This document shows positions 34,926 to 45,071 of a stretch of DNA of 64,000 nt, one piece after another. The translations under genes and the position numbers were made by a program. Location: the IMG/VR virus record IMGVR_UViG_3300020404_000006. One strand, 5' to 3'. Position 1 is the first letter of the stretch; every line of letters begins with the position of its first letter. The stretch comes from a virus. The notes below the pieces were generated by a model. That model saw only the letters and a program-made list of their open reading frames with translations. It ran no database searches and was not told where the DNA came from.

Positions 34926-37607
34926 ATGGCTCGTCAGGGAATATTTACTGGATTCACACCGAATGATGGTCTGGGAGATTCCCTTGCCTTGGGTGCAACC
35001 AAAGTAAATCAAAACTTTACAGAGATTTATACCACGTTTGGTGACGGTAACAACCTTAGTGTCAACGCAGGCAGTGCTGGTACTTGGACGAAGGCAGGGA
35101 ACTCTGGAATATACACAAGTAAGAACGTAGGTATCGGCACAACCGATCCTAGTGCTGCTTTGTTTGTATCAGGTAACGTTCAATTAACAGGTATTACAAC
35201 TGGAACATTCGTTGGAGATGGTTCTGGTCTTACAGGTGTGACTGCAACAGGTTCTGGTGTTGTCATTAAAGATAGTGGTGTTCTAGTTGGTGTTGCACAG
35301 AGTCTTAACTTCGATAGAAACTTAGATATTACACAAGTATTTGGTGGTAATGTCACAGTTTCTGCTGCTGACACAGTAGGATTTGCATTTACTTCTGGAT
35401 TCTCTACCACATCTGGTTACTCAAACGTTGCTGGAGTATCTACTACATCAGGAACTGCTGGGTTTGCTGACACGGCAACACTGGCACTGACTGCAAACTT
35501 CGCCTCAGTCGCTGGTATCGTAACATACGCATCTGCATCTGGAGTTTCAACTAACTCAGGAGTAGCCGAGTATGCAAAGGTGGCTGGTGTTGCAACATAC
35601 ACTGGTAACACAGGGTTTGCAACCATGGCAGGGTATGCACACACAGCTGGTATCGCCTCAGTCGCACAGAATTTAACAGGAACTCCATCAATAGTTGTTG
35701 ATAATGTCAATGGTCTTGGAATTGTAACCTTCCCAGGCCAAGGTAGTAAGATGCGTTTCGACTTTGACGCAACAGGTGATCTACCTCAAGCAACCTCTTG
35801 GAGAGGTATGTTTGCATGGGCAAATAATACTAAGACTGCATACGTTTCCAGTGGAACCACAATGGGTGGTTACAATGGTTGGAGACAGATACTTCACGGT
35901 GATCATCTAGGTAACTACTTCACTGTGGGTGTTGTAACTGCATCTAAGTTTGCTGGTGATGGATCTGAACTTACAAACTTACCATCAACAGATAGTATTT
36001 GGAGATCAAACTCCACTGGTATTCACACTCTCAGTAACGTTGGTCTTGGAACTACTAATACAGAGTCATATAAACTGAAGGTTGTAGGCAATCTTAAACT
36101 TTCTGGTCGTTTAGATGGTACTGCCACAGATAACTTACTACCATTCTTATGGTCAACCTACGCATCTCTACCATCATCATCCACATATCATGGTCAGTTT
36201 GCTCACGTTCACGAAACAGGTAAGGCATACTATGCACACGCTGGTTGGAATGAACTAGTCAACAAGAATCAAGATCAATCAGTTGGAACTGGAACTGAAA
36301 ACTATAGAGTTGGTGTTGTAACTGGAATATCATTTACAGGTGATGGTTCTGGTTTAAGTAATATTTCTGTTGCATACGCAGCATCTGCTGGTATCGCCTC
36401 TCTTTCACAAGGACTAGAGGGTAAACCAGACATCTTAGTTGCTAACATCAACTGTACTGGTATTGTTACTGGTGCAGTATTCGTTGGAGATGGTTCTGGT
36501 CTTACAGGTATTACTGCATCTGGTAGTGGTATCATCATTAGAGAAGGTGGCACACTCGTAGGAACTATTGGAACTGTAAACTTCGGAACTGGTTTCAGTG
36601 TTTCCCCAGCATCTGCTGGTGTTGTAACAGTCACCACATCAGGTGGTGGCGGTGGTGGATCTGTCTTTACTACCAGAATCGTTGGTATTCAAACAGATAA
36701 CGTAATACCATTCTACTACGACAATTACAGTGACTTCCCATCATCATCTACCTATCATGGTGCAGTTGCTCACTCCCATGACACTGGTAGATTATATTTT
36801 GCACACGCTGGATGGAAAGAATTAGTCAACAGAGAGGCAGATGGCACAGTAGGAACTGGAACTGACAACTACAGAGTTGGAGTTGTTACAGGTACATCTT
36901 TCGCTGCCTCATCATTCATTTCTGTTGGTGGAAATCAAATAACTCAACTGGATATCACACAGTATGAGACTGCATACTCATGGGGCAACCATGCACTTGC
37001 TGGATATCTAACAGGTCTAGGTGGACAAAACTTAGGTAACTTATCTAATGTTTCCAGTGCATCTCCAAATAGTAGTGATGTATTGACATGGAGTGGATCA
37101 GAGTGGGCACCAGCCGCACCTACAGGTGGAACTGGTTCTGGAATCATAATCAAAGAAGAGGGAACTCAAGTTGCATCAGGGATTACTTCGATTGACTTCG
37201 TTGGATCTACCGTAAGTGCAACTGCAACTGGTTCAAACGCAACTATCACAGTCACTGCTGGTACTGGTGGAGGTGGTTCTATTTCCACAACTGGTGTAGG
37301 AACATACACTGCATCTGCTGGTGTGGAACAACAGATAGATTCATTCTCTAAACTCAGTTACTCTGGTGCAGAGTACACATTGATGATCGGTCTAGGAACA
37401 TTCAGACAATCACAAAAACTTCTCGTGATGCACGATGGAACCACAGCATTCTCACAAGAGTATGCTATTATGTTCTCCCCAGAACAACAGGTATCAGTTG
37501 CTTCAACAGTAAGTGGCAACAACGTTTTAGTTAAAGTCACTCCAGAGGCAGGGATATCTGGATTATCTACATACAGATTTGTCAAGACTTACATTGAGAA
37601 CTTATGA
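34926..37607 (+). CDS. tail fibre protein with gp9/gp10-like N-terminus and repeated His-rich modules
   Basis: NDGLGDSL..GATKVN.NFTEIY N-terminus; Gly/Thr/Ser-rich; GDGSGLTG repeats. Confidence 0.8.
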   Translation: MARQGIFTGFTPNDGLGDSLALGATKVNQNFTEIYTTFGDGNNLSVNAGSAGTWTKAGNSGIYTSKNVGIGTTDPSAALFVSGNVQLTGITTGTFVGDGSGLTGVTATGSGVVIKDSGVLVGVAQSLNFDRNLDITQVFGGNVTVSAADTVGFAFTSGFSTTSGYSNVAGVSTTSGTAGFADTATLALTANFASVAGIVTYASASGVSTNSGVAEYAKVAGVATYTGNTGFATMAGYAHTAGIASVAQNLTGTPSIVVDNVNGLGIVTFPGQGSKMRFDFDATGDLPQATSWRGMFAWANNTKTAYVSSGTTMGGYNGWRQILHGDHLGNYFTVGVVTASKFAGDGSELTNLPSTDSIWRSNSTGIHTLSNVGLGTTNTESYKLKVVGNLKLSGRLDGTATDNLLPFLWSTYASLPSSSTYHGQFAHVHETGKAYYAHAGWNELVNKNQDQSVGTGTENYRVGVVTGISFTGDGSGLSNISVAYAASAGIASLSQGLEGKPDILVANINCTGIVTGAVFVGDGSGLTGITASGSGIIIREGGTLVGTIGTVNFGTGFSVSPASAGVVTVTTSGGGGGGSVFTTRIVGIQTDNVIPFYYDNYSDFPSSSTYHGAVAHSHDTGRLYFAHAGWKELVNREADGTVGTGTDNYRVGVVTGTSFAASSFISVGGNQITQLDITQYETAYSWGNHALAGYLTGLGGQNLGNLSNVSSASPNSSDVLTWSGSEWAPAAPTGGTGSGIIIKEEGTQVASGITSIDFVGSTVSATATGSNATITVTAGTGGGGSISTTGVGTYTASAGVEQQIDSFSKLSYSGAEYTLMIGLGTFRQSQKLLVMHDGTTAFSQEYAIMFSPEQQVSVASTVSGNNVLVKVTPEAGISGLSTYRFVKTYIENL

Positions 37608-39820
37608 TTCACACTAGTACGAACACTCTTGATAGGACAGGGTTAGCTGTCAAACCAACTGGAGCTAACGACAAGAAGGCATACTCTATCAAATGTTATA
37701 CCAAAGATGACTGGGTATTCATTCATGAAGAACTAGAAAAAGATGGTTCACTGGAAGATAATATTCCAGATCCATCAATAGTGTGTCCCGATAAAAAGGA
37801 ACATAGTGATACCAGAGCAACCTACATGTTGACTGATGCGGAAGCAGAAGACCTAAGAAAACATGAGAGGGTAGAGTTTGTCTGTATTGATTATGACGCT
37901 TACCCAGGCAACTACGCTCCCGATCCAAAAGATATTGTTGCTAGTATACAAAAGTTTGGTAGAGGAACAGGGTCGGTATCCAACTACAGAGCATGGAATA
38001 CTTCACCGACAGGCACTAGACCACCTACATCTCAGGCTGGTATAGGTGCATCAGATAAGAACAGAACTGGATATCAGATACTAAGACACACACAGAAAGA
38101 GAATCCTTGGGATGCAACATCCACTGGACTAACTCAATCTGATCATATTATTATAGAGACAGAGACAAAACAATTAGGCGATGGCACTGGTGTAGATGCA
38201 ATCGTGTCTGATGATGGTTTCTGGATTGCACACCCAGAATTTGTAACAACTGATGATGATCCTGTAGGATACTCAACAGGAAACGCATTGACATGGAGTG
38301 GTATATCTACAACACCAGGCACATGTGGTGTCCTAGATGTACTTCTTGATGGTCCATATTATATTGACCCAGACTGGTTCAATGCAGATCCAGGCAATAG
38401 ATTGACTCAACGTTGGGATGGTACAACAGTCCCAGTAGAGTCTGTAGCAAGAGCATGGTGGTCTGATTCAAGTCAGAGATCAGTAGGATTCTCTACCATT
38501 GGTACTACTAGTGGTTTCAGTGCTTTCTACAGTAGACAAAGTTGCAATGGAAGTAATACACAGAAACCAACCAACGGATCTGACCACGGAACTCAATGTG
38601 CTGGTCAAGTATTTGGTAAAAATTATGGATCTGCATACAACTGTAACAAGTGGGTGTTAAATGGTATTGGTGGTTCCAATGCTGGAATCAATGGTAGTCA
38701 ATTTGATATACAAAAACTCTTCCACTTATATAAACCAAACTATGATAGACATTCTGCTGTTACTGGCAAACAAAATGATACTAAAAACCCAACACTGTCA
38801 AGTAATAGTTGGGGATATAGGGACGATGCCATTCATGATGGTGGATTCTACTGGTATAGACCATCATCTATAGATGGATTAGTGCCTGGCACATCATATA
38901 CAAGTGGTAGTGAACCAGAATTCATTGATTTACTAGGTGCATATGGTGATGGTAGTAGAATGAAAGGAGAGATGGTAGATAGTTCTGTAACCGCATCTGG
39001 TAAAGAACTGTCTGACGCTGGAGTGATCTTCGTCTGTGCTGCTGGTAATAGTAATCAAACTCAGGTAAGGCCTGGCGATCTTGATTTTGACAACTATTGG
39101 GCTACAGCTGCTCAAGGAAATGATTCTCCTCTATCAGCGAGCACTCATTTTGAATTTGGTTTACAATGTTATAACACTATCAATAGAAGAGGGTGGCCAC
39201 AGTCATTAGGTAAAACTACATCTGGTTTATCTACTGCTGGAACTGAGTATGCTGCTATCAATATTGGTGCGTTAGATGATCAAATTGTAAGTGGTGGACT
39301 GGGTGGTAACACCACAGACTATAAAGAAAAGAAAGTTTCCTATAGTGACATGGGAACAGGTATTGATTGTTATGGTGCTGCTGATGACACAATGACAGCA
39401 GATGGTAGAGCGTCATCTCTTACATATCCACACCCAGAAACATATAGTGGGTTGACTTTAACTCCGTATGATATTGATTTTGGTGGCACTAGTTCTGGAT
39501 GTCCTACATGTGCTGGATGGATCACTACCAAACTACAATATAATAGAGATTGGACTTACACTGATGTAAGAAACTGGTTAAATAACAGTTGTGGTGCTCA
39601 ATCTCCTGACAGATTTTACTATGGTGATAACATAACAGGATTCACATCGACAACAGCTGCATGGGAGGATATGTATTCCGTCCAGATGTATGGTCAAGGA
39701 CCTGTTGTAATATGGGATGCTCCTACTGGTTCACCTACTGAACCAAAGAAACCTGAGATTAGAATCACAAACTCACCAAACTTAAAGTTTAGTGGTGGAG
39801 TTGAGATAAAATTCTCCTAA
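37604..39820 (+). CDS. subtilisin-like S8 serine peptidase, probably virion-associated
   Basis: catalytic DDG, HGTQCAG, AAGN, GGTSSGCP. Confidence 0.85.
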   Translation: MIHTSTNTLDRTGLAVKPTGANDKKAYSIKCYTKDDWVFIHEELEKDGSLEDNIPDPSIVCPDKKEHSDTRATYMLTDAEAEDLRKHERVEFVCIDYDAYPGNYAPDPKDIVASIQKFGRGTGSVSNYRAWNTSPTGTRPPTSQAGIGASDKNRTGYQILRHTQKENPWDATSTGLTQSDHIIIETETKQLGDGTGVDAIVSDDGFWIAHPEFVTTDDDPVGYSTGNALTWSGISTTPGTCGVLDVLLDGPYYIDPDWFNADPGNRLTQRWDGTTVPVESVARAWWSDSSQRSVGFSTIGTTSGFSAFYSRQSCNGSNTQKPTNGSDHGTQCAGQVFGKNYGSAYNCNKWVLNGIGGSNAGINGSQFDIQKLFHLYKPNYDRHSAVTGKQNDTKNPTLSSNSWGYRDDAIHDGGFYWYRPSSIDGLVPGTSYTSGSEPEFIDLLGAYGDGSRMKGEMVDSSVTASGKELSDAGVIFVCAAGNSNQTQVRPGDLDFDNYWATAAQGNDSPLSASTHFEFGLQCYNTINRRGWPQSLGKTTSGLSTAGTEYAAINIGALDDQIVSGGLGGNTTDYKEKKVSYSDMGTGIDCYGAADDTMTADGRASSLTYPHPETYSGLTLTPYDIDFGGTSSGCPTCAGWITTKLQYNRDWTYTDVRNWLNNSCGAQSPDRFYYGDNITGFTSTTAAWEDMYSVQMYGQGPVVIWDAPTGSPTEPKKPEIRITNSPNLKFSGGVEIKFS

Positions 39821-39844
39821 TAAATACTACAAAAGACTAGCGAA

Positions 39845-40708
39845 ATGGCAGACAAATCATTTGGTGTAAAGGACCTGAATATAGTTGGAGCGAGTGGTGA
39901 TCCAACTATAGAAAGTAATGGTGACCTAAATTTAAAAGCTGGTCAAGTTGCTATCCAGACTAACACCACAGTCACAGGAGTTGTTACTGCATCTTCATTT
40001 GTTGGTGATGGATCAGGACTCACAGGAGTTACTGGTACTGGTTCTGGTATTGTAATTAAGGACACCAACTCTCTTATTGGAACTGCTGGAACAATTAACT
40101 TTGGCGATGCCTTATCTGTTTCTCCAGCATCAGCTGGTGTGGTCACAGTCACCGCTGCAAACACACAACTTTCCACTGAGGAAGTTCAAGACATCGTAGG
40201 TGGTATGGTTGATGGTGGAACTGAAACCAACATCACAGTAACTTATAATGACACTTCTGGTAAACTTAATTTTGAAGCTTCTGGAGGATCTGTCCCTGCA
40301 AACCTTACTGCAACTACTCTAGATGTATCTGGTATCTGTACTGCTGGTAGTTTTGTCACCGATCTTACCACTGGTAATGGAACTGATAGATCATTTGCAA
40401 TAAGATATACTGTGGGATCAAACGGTGCTTCTTCATACTGGTTTGCAGGTCCTGGCATCCTTAATAACATGTCAAATCCTACTCTATATCTACAGAGAGG
40501 AATGACCTATATCTTCAACAACACCACTGGGTCTTCACACCCATTCCGTATTCAATTCCAAGGCACATCAACAGGTGTAGGAACATATGTTAGTGGATCT
40601 CAGAATGGAGAACAAGTATTCATCATACCGCACACTGCGCCTGGAGCATATGAATATCAATGCACCATTCATGGTGGTATGAAAGGCACATTTATTATCC
40701 CTAGTTAA
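39845..40708 (+). CDS. fibre-like structural protein with C-terminal cupredoxin-like domain
   Basis: MADKSFGVK start; GDGSGLTG repeat; SHPF...YQCTIHGGM. Confidence 0.7.
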   Translation: MADKSFGVKDLNIVGASGDPTIESNGDLNLKAGQVAIQTNTTVTGVVTASSFVGDGSGLTGVTGTGSGIVIKDTNSLIGTAGTINFGDALSVSPASAGVVTVTAANTQLSTEEVQDIVGGMVDGGTETNITVTYNDTSGKLNFEASGGSVPANLTATTLDVSGICTAGSFVTDLTTGNGTDRSFAIRYTVGSNGASSYWFAGPGILNNMSNPTLYLQRGMTYIFNNTTGSSHPFRIQFQGTSTGVGTYVSGSQNGEQVFIIPHTAPGAYEYQCTIHGGMKGTFIIPS

Positions 40709-40712
40709 GATT

Positions 40713-41312
40713 ATGCCATTAGCATTTGGAATTGGAAAGTCAAGGGGAGCTCAGTTTGATCCTCCAGTATTTTACTCAAATTTATTACAGTTCTACTGGC
40801 ACTGGACTGATGGTAAGGACTTTGACCTCAGATGTGAGTTCATTCGCCCTACTCAATTAGCTGGTCAAATAGTAGGAACTGATAAACTACCTCAGATTGT
40901 AGATGGTGGTGGTTCAGTTACATATATGAAATGGGGTGGAGACAATACCCAAGACACAGAGGGGTATGAAGGCATATACATTGACATAGATGCAATCAAA
41001 ACCGTGCCAGGCGGAGTTGCAAACAATGTAATAGAATTAGATTTCAGAGGTATGTGGTATGCAGAAGTTGGCACAAACCCAGTAGTAGTAAGAGCTTCTT
41101 CATATCAAGGTGGAAGCATGTCATTAGAAAGAGACACACCTAACGTGCCTGGATTCGGATTTATTAATGTAGGATACGCTCAATCCTTTACAAATTACAA
41201 AGAAAGTATACCCAAAGTTGTTACAAGTGTTGACCGAGAAGGCACTGGTCAACGATTAGCTCGTGCCATCATTGACTTAAACACATATCAGATAACTTTT
41301 GAAGATTATTAG
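40713..41312 (+). CDS. hypothetical structural protein
   Basis: 199 aa in late plus-strand block. Confidence 0.6.
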   Translation: MPLAFGIGKSRGAQFDPPVFYSNLLQFYWHWTDGKDFDLRCEFIRPTQLAGQIVGTDKLPQIVDGGGSVTYMKWGGDNTQDTEGYEGIYIDIDAIKTVPGGVANNVIELDFRGMWYAEVGTNPVVVRASSYQGGSMSLERDTPNVPGFGFINVGYAQSFTNYKESIPKVVTSVDREGTGQRLARAIIDLNTYQITFEDY

Positions 41313-41337
41313 TAACAAATTATATAATTTTTTTCCG

Positions 41338-41345
41338 TATAAATA
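41338..41345 (+). promoter_or_regulatory. T4 late promoter
   Basis: exact TATAAATA. Confidence 0.75.
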
Positions 41346-41373
41346 CAGGCAGACTAAGTAGTGGGAAATCAAC

Positions 41374-41886
41374 ATGAAAAGATTTTTACCTATAATTATG
41401 CTTTTGATGGCGGCTCCCATGGCAGCGAGGGCCGATTTGATTCACAGATTGACTACGAGTACCCAACTCAGTGTTGACGGCGCAGCGACTCAGGCTACAA
41501 GAATTGGCTCAACTTATAGCGTAAGCGGTAACAATATCACCGCTGGTACTATGGGTGGACTCACCAAGTCAGCTGGAGATACAATTACAACTGCGGCGGC
41601 TAGTCAGACTCAAGGTTCTTACTCAGTTACTACTGCTGGCAGTGCCTTCAGCCTAACAGAATCATTTATTCTAGGCGATGCAGTAAATCCAATAGGAACT
41701 GGTGTTGACGTATCTGCTGGTATTGTTGCTGACATGCCTGCATATGGTAGTGTAGTAACACAAAGTGGCGGCGTGGCAGGCAGTCTTGCTGGCACGATTA
41801 CCTCAGCGGGCGTTATGACGCTAACAGCTGGAGGCGCAGGCACTAGTGCTACTGGCCAATTCGTTTCAGAAATTTCGATAGATTGA
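41374..41886 (+). CDS. secreted beta-rich protein
   Basis: Sec signal (AARA-D), Gly/Ser/Thr/Ala-rich. Confidence 0.75.
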   Translation: MKRFLPIIMLLMAAPMAARADLIHRLTTSTQLSVDGAATQATRIGSTYSVSGNNITAGTMGGLTKSAGDTITTAAASQTQGSYSVTTAGSAFSLTESFILGDAVNPIGTGVDVSAGIVADMPAYGSVVTQSGGVAGSLAGTITSAGVMTLTAGGAGTSATGQFVSEISID

Positions 41887-41895
41887 ACATGACTA

Positions 41896-42381
41896 ATGAA
41901 GAAACTTCTTGCGACATTTGTGGTTGCACTTGCCCTTGCGAATGTGAGGACTGCGAAGGCTGTGCCTGTGGTCCCTAATTTCCAACAGGGCAGCATGACA
42001 TCTCGGACCGAAACGACTTCGACAGTGACCGAGACCATAAATTCAATCGATATGAGGACAGGATGGGAGTACAGCGTGACGGGCACAGGGGTCTCCAACA
42101 ATGGAGAAGCCCTCAACCCACCAGTGAATACATCAACGGTGAATGTGACACCGAGCAGTTCAGCGGGTGCAACAGGAGGAGCAGTGGTGACAGGAACAGT
42201 AACAAGTTCCTTCGACTCCTTAGACTTCTCCAACCCAAGCAGCTTTACAATAACAAATCCAGGCGGAGCTTTCCAATTTACACAGAGCTACCAAGGGCCT
42301 GGCATGACCAATCAGACAATAATACAGAGAGTCACCACCATAGAAAGCGTGACCGACACAACTTCAACGTTTACGCAATAA
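41896..42381 (+). CDS. secreted beta-rich protein
   Basis: Sec signal (AKA-V), VPVVPNF, GGAFQFTQSYQGPG. Confidence 0.75.
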   Translation: MKKLLATFVVALALANVRTAKAVPVVPNFQQGSMTSRTETTSTVTETINSIDMRTGWEYSVTGTGVSNNGEALNPPVNTSTVNVTPSSSAGATGGAVVTGTVTSSFDSLDFSNPSSFTITNPGGAFQFTQSYQGPGMTNQTIIQRVTTIESVTDTTSTFTQ

Positions 42382-43229
42382 GTACATTAGTACTATCAAT
42401 TATCTCTCCGACGGCGGCATTAGCAGAGAATGTTGGAGGGGTATCAGCTACAGCAAATCCAATCGCGAACAGCTCGGGCAGTGTCACAAATCAAGCTATA
42501 CAGGTGCTACAGGGACCGTATATAACTAATACTTACGGTGGTGGCGTGCAATGTCAAGGTGCTACTGTTAACTTCACACCCTACTTACAATTTGCGGACA
42601 GTAGAAAAGATCCGTGGAGAGATGTAGTAATGGAACCTCAGTATAATACTACTGACTTCACTGGTCGTACCACACAACAAACTGTTACTGTAAAGAACTA
42701 TCCTTGGGAGTCATGGTATGACACAAGGACTAAAGCAGATGGAACTAGATGGTTCCCTGATGGGGAAGACATGGAGATAACAGTAGACGTAGATGGTCCA
42801 GACGGCATACCAGACAATCCTGGCCAAGTGGTCTGGGAGAAACCTGTTCGTACTGACATGACAGCAAACCAGTCATTGAATCTTGGTTTGTCTGCCACCC
42901 TATCCATACCATTGAATAGAAAACTACAAAAGCAATGTATGGAGGCAGCACAACTACAAAACAATATGCAGACTCAACTGATTGCTAACAAGAGATTAGA
43001 TTTTGAACTAGCGAGACTGAAGAATTGTGGCGAATTGAAAAAGAGTGGCATATTTTTCCACCCCAAATCACCCTACTATTCAGTATGTGCTGATGTAGTA
43101 GTTACAAATCCTGGCGGTCAATTACTTCCTCACACACATGATATGCCTGCACCAAATTGGAAAGAAGAAAAGACAAGTAATGACGCAAATGTTCTAGGAA
43201 CATTCTCTATCGGAGACACTAAAGATTAA
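42063..43229 (+). CDS. secreted/structural protein, start unresolved (long overlap with upstream gene)
   Basis: conserved-looking VGGVSATANPIANSSGSVTNQAIQVLQG core; no nearby canonical start. Confidence 0.7.
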   Translation: MGVQRDGHRGLQQWRSPQPTSEYINGECDTEQFSGCNRRSSGDRNSNKFLRLLRLLQPKQLYNNKSRRSFPIYTELPRAWHDQSDNNTESHHHRKRDRHNFNVYAISTLVLSIISPTAALAENVGGVSATANPIANSSGSVTNQAIQVLQGPYITNTYGGGVQCQGATVNFTPYLQFADSRKDPWRDVVMEPQYNTTDFTGRTTQQTVTVKNYPWESWYDTRTKADGTRWFPDGEDMEITVDVDGPDGIPDNPGQVVWEKPVRTDMTANQSLNLGLSATLSIPLNRKLQKQCMEAAQLQNNMQTQLIANKRLDFELARLKNCGELKKSGIFFHPKSPYYSVCADVVVTNPGGQLLPHTHDMPAPNWKEEKTSNDANVLGTFSIGDTKD

Positions 43230-43726
43230 TGTTTAGACCGCCATACTGGTCTCATGATAATGTTCAACTCTCTGATAGTATAATAAACAAATTAAAATCC
43301 CGACTGTCAGAGATAGAATTGATTGACAATCATAAAAGTTCTTACTGGATCAATCAAGAGTATGAAGATCAGGCACCAGATAGATTTTTAAATGAAAGAT
43401 ACGATATTATTGTAGAAGATATCGTGAAGAGTGTAGGTGCTTTCAACAAAATGGCATACACATATACATTCTGGTCACAACTATATGATCAGGGTAATAA
43501 TATAGGGGAACATAATCACATTCCCTCAGATATATCTTGGGTTCACTTCGTAGATGTGCCAGATCAAAAGTGCTTTCGTTTTACTGACACCAAAGGGAAC
43601 ACATTAGTTCCTGATGGTCAGAGTAGTGGTGATATAATTTGTTTCCCTTCATGGTTATGGCATGAAACCATACCAACTGATGAACAAAGGTTGATTGTCT
43701 CTGGTAATATAACTTTTACTTACTAG
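43229..43726 (+). CDS. 2OG-Fe(II) oxygenase-like
   Basis: WSQ.Y, HNH, SWVHF, FPSWLWHE, RLIVSGN. Confidence 0.75.
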   Translation: MFRPPYWSHDNVQLSDSIINKLKSRLSEIELIDNHKSSYWINQEYEDQAPDRFLNERYDIIVEDIVKSVGAFNKMAYTYTFWSQLYDQGNNIGEHNHIPSDISWVHFVDVPDQKCFRFTDTKGNTLVPDGQSSGDIICFPSWLWHETIPTDEQRLIVSGNITFTY

Positions 43727-44594
43727 ACTTCTTTAAGTCCTTTATCATATTCTTTCGATCACCAAACCTTAGTTCTGGTAATCCTTTTTGTTTTCTATAC
43801 TTATTAGTTCTTATCTCGGCTGCAGAGAGTTTATTCTCTTTCTTACCTAATGCTTTCTGAACTCTCTTGATAACCTGTTTGACTAAGGGTTTGACAACTC
43901 TCAGTAGTAGAGGTGTTGCAGCTGCCGCTGCAGTAGCCACTATTGCGATTGATGCTGTTGTACTTACCTGATTTGTACTTGGCAAAAATTTCTCAAGAGT
44001 TGTAGTAGGTTCATACAACGTCTCACATATTTTCTGTTTAGGATTATTTGGATCAGTTATCAACTGATGTCCAGTCACCCTCTCGTCTCCTGACGAAGTT
44101 ACATCACCCACTCTAAGTTGATTAGGACCAGGGCACTCAGGATCTTTATAATCTTCTGGAGTATTTGGTCTACTAGTATTGGACTCTGGTGGTGGAGGTG
44201 GATCACCTGTATCGACACCACCTGTAACTTCCTCTGGTTCGCCGTATACTGTAGTCCATGTTAGTTCATTTGCCTGATAGTCAGGTGGTTCATAGTATGG
44301 CATACCACCATCACATAATACTACATTACCTTTAGGGTCATCATTGACCAAATTTTTATTTCTGGATGGATCTCTCTTAGCGTTTTCTTTATTTACCTTG
44401 ACACATCCTGGCATATCTACGACAGGCACTCCTATATTGACAGTTACAGGTGGAGTGTAAGGAACTGCCTGTGGAGGGGTCGCCATCCAAGGTCTAGGAA
44501 TATTTGCAATAGTAAGTGTGCCTGTGTCTATGGGTTGGATAAATCTCAATCCACTCCCATTAATAAAGATCTGTGGGATCTGATTATTTGGCAT
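43716..44594 (-). CDS. Pro-rich membrane-anchored hypothetical protein
   Basis: IGVPVVDMPGCV, C.GP, TM helix, basic C-terminus. Confidence 0.65.
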   Translation of the reverse strand: MPNNQIPQIFINGSGLRFIQPIDTGTLTIANIPRPWMATPPQAVPYTPPVTVNIGVPVVDMPGCVKVNKENAKRDPSRNKNLVNDDPKGNVVLCDGGMPYYEPPDYQANELTWTTVYGEPEEVTGGVDTGDPPPPPESNTSRPNTPEDYKDPECPGPNQLRVGDVTSSGDERVTGHQLITDPNNPKQKICETLYEPTTTLEKFLPSTNQVSTTASIAIVATAAAAATPLLLRVVKPLVKQVIKRVQKALGKKENKLSAAEIRTNKYRKQKGLPELRFGDRKNMIKDLKKSSK

Positions 44595-44826
44595 TAGGAA
44601 TCACCAATTTCAATCCCTTAACTTGTCCAGATTGAGTAGGCCATGCTTCAATCAAAGCAGAACGAACTTCTTCTCTAACCACTTCTCTAATTTGTTGCAG
44701 TTGTACTTCCTGTCTCTTTGCAGGACCACCCATCTGTTGATCAATAAGTTGACCTCCACCTACCACTGCACCAGTTCCTACAACTGCTGCTGCGGTTCCA
44801 TAGGTAGCCATTTTTTGTAAGTCCAT
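44584..44826 (-). CDS. hypothetical membrane protein
   Basis: 80 aa. Confidence 0.6.
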   Translation of the reverse strand: MDLQKMATYGTAAAVVGTGAVVGGGQLIDQQMGGPAKRQEVQLQQIREVVREEVRSALIEAWPTQSGQVKGLKLVIPNAK

Positions 44827-45071
44827 TAGTGGTATGGGGTATCATCATCTTTAGGTAAACCGAAGTCACCTAATGTATCTAGGAAAGCTCTACGTTGTGC
44901 CCATGTTTGTCCACTAGTAGAACCTTTACATGGGTTAATACACTCCTCAAAGTCTTGCGTGTTACAAACTAACCCTGCAAGATCATGAGGACATCCCTGT
45001 TTACCAGTTGACCAATATAATTGTTCATCTATCCATTTAGCTTCGCACCGTGGGCATGTTCTGATGTTCAT
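44826..45071 (-). CDS. Cys-rich hypothetical protein
   Basis: CPRC, DLAGLVCN, CINP. Confidence 0.65.
   Translation of the reverse strand: MNIRTCPRCEAKWIDEQLYWSTGKQGCPHDLAGLVCNTQDFEECINPCKGSTSGQTWAQRRAFLDTLGDFGLPKDDDTPYH

Noticed and set aside
35180-37585. Minus-strand ORFs inside the fibre gene
   Set aside because: Shadows of GGT/ACT codon bias.
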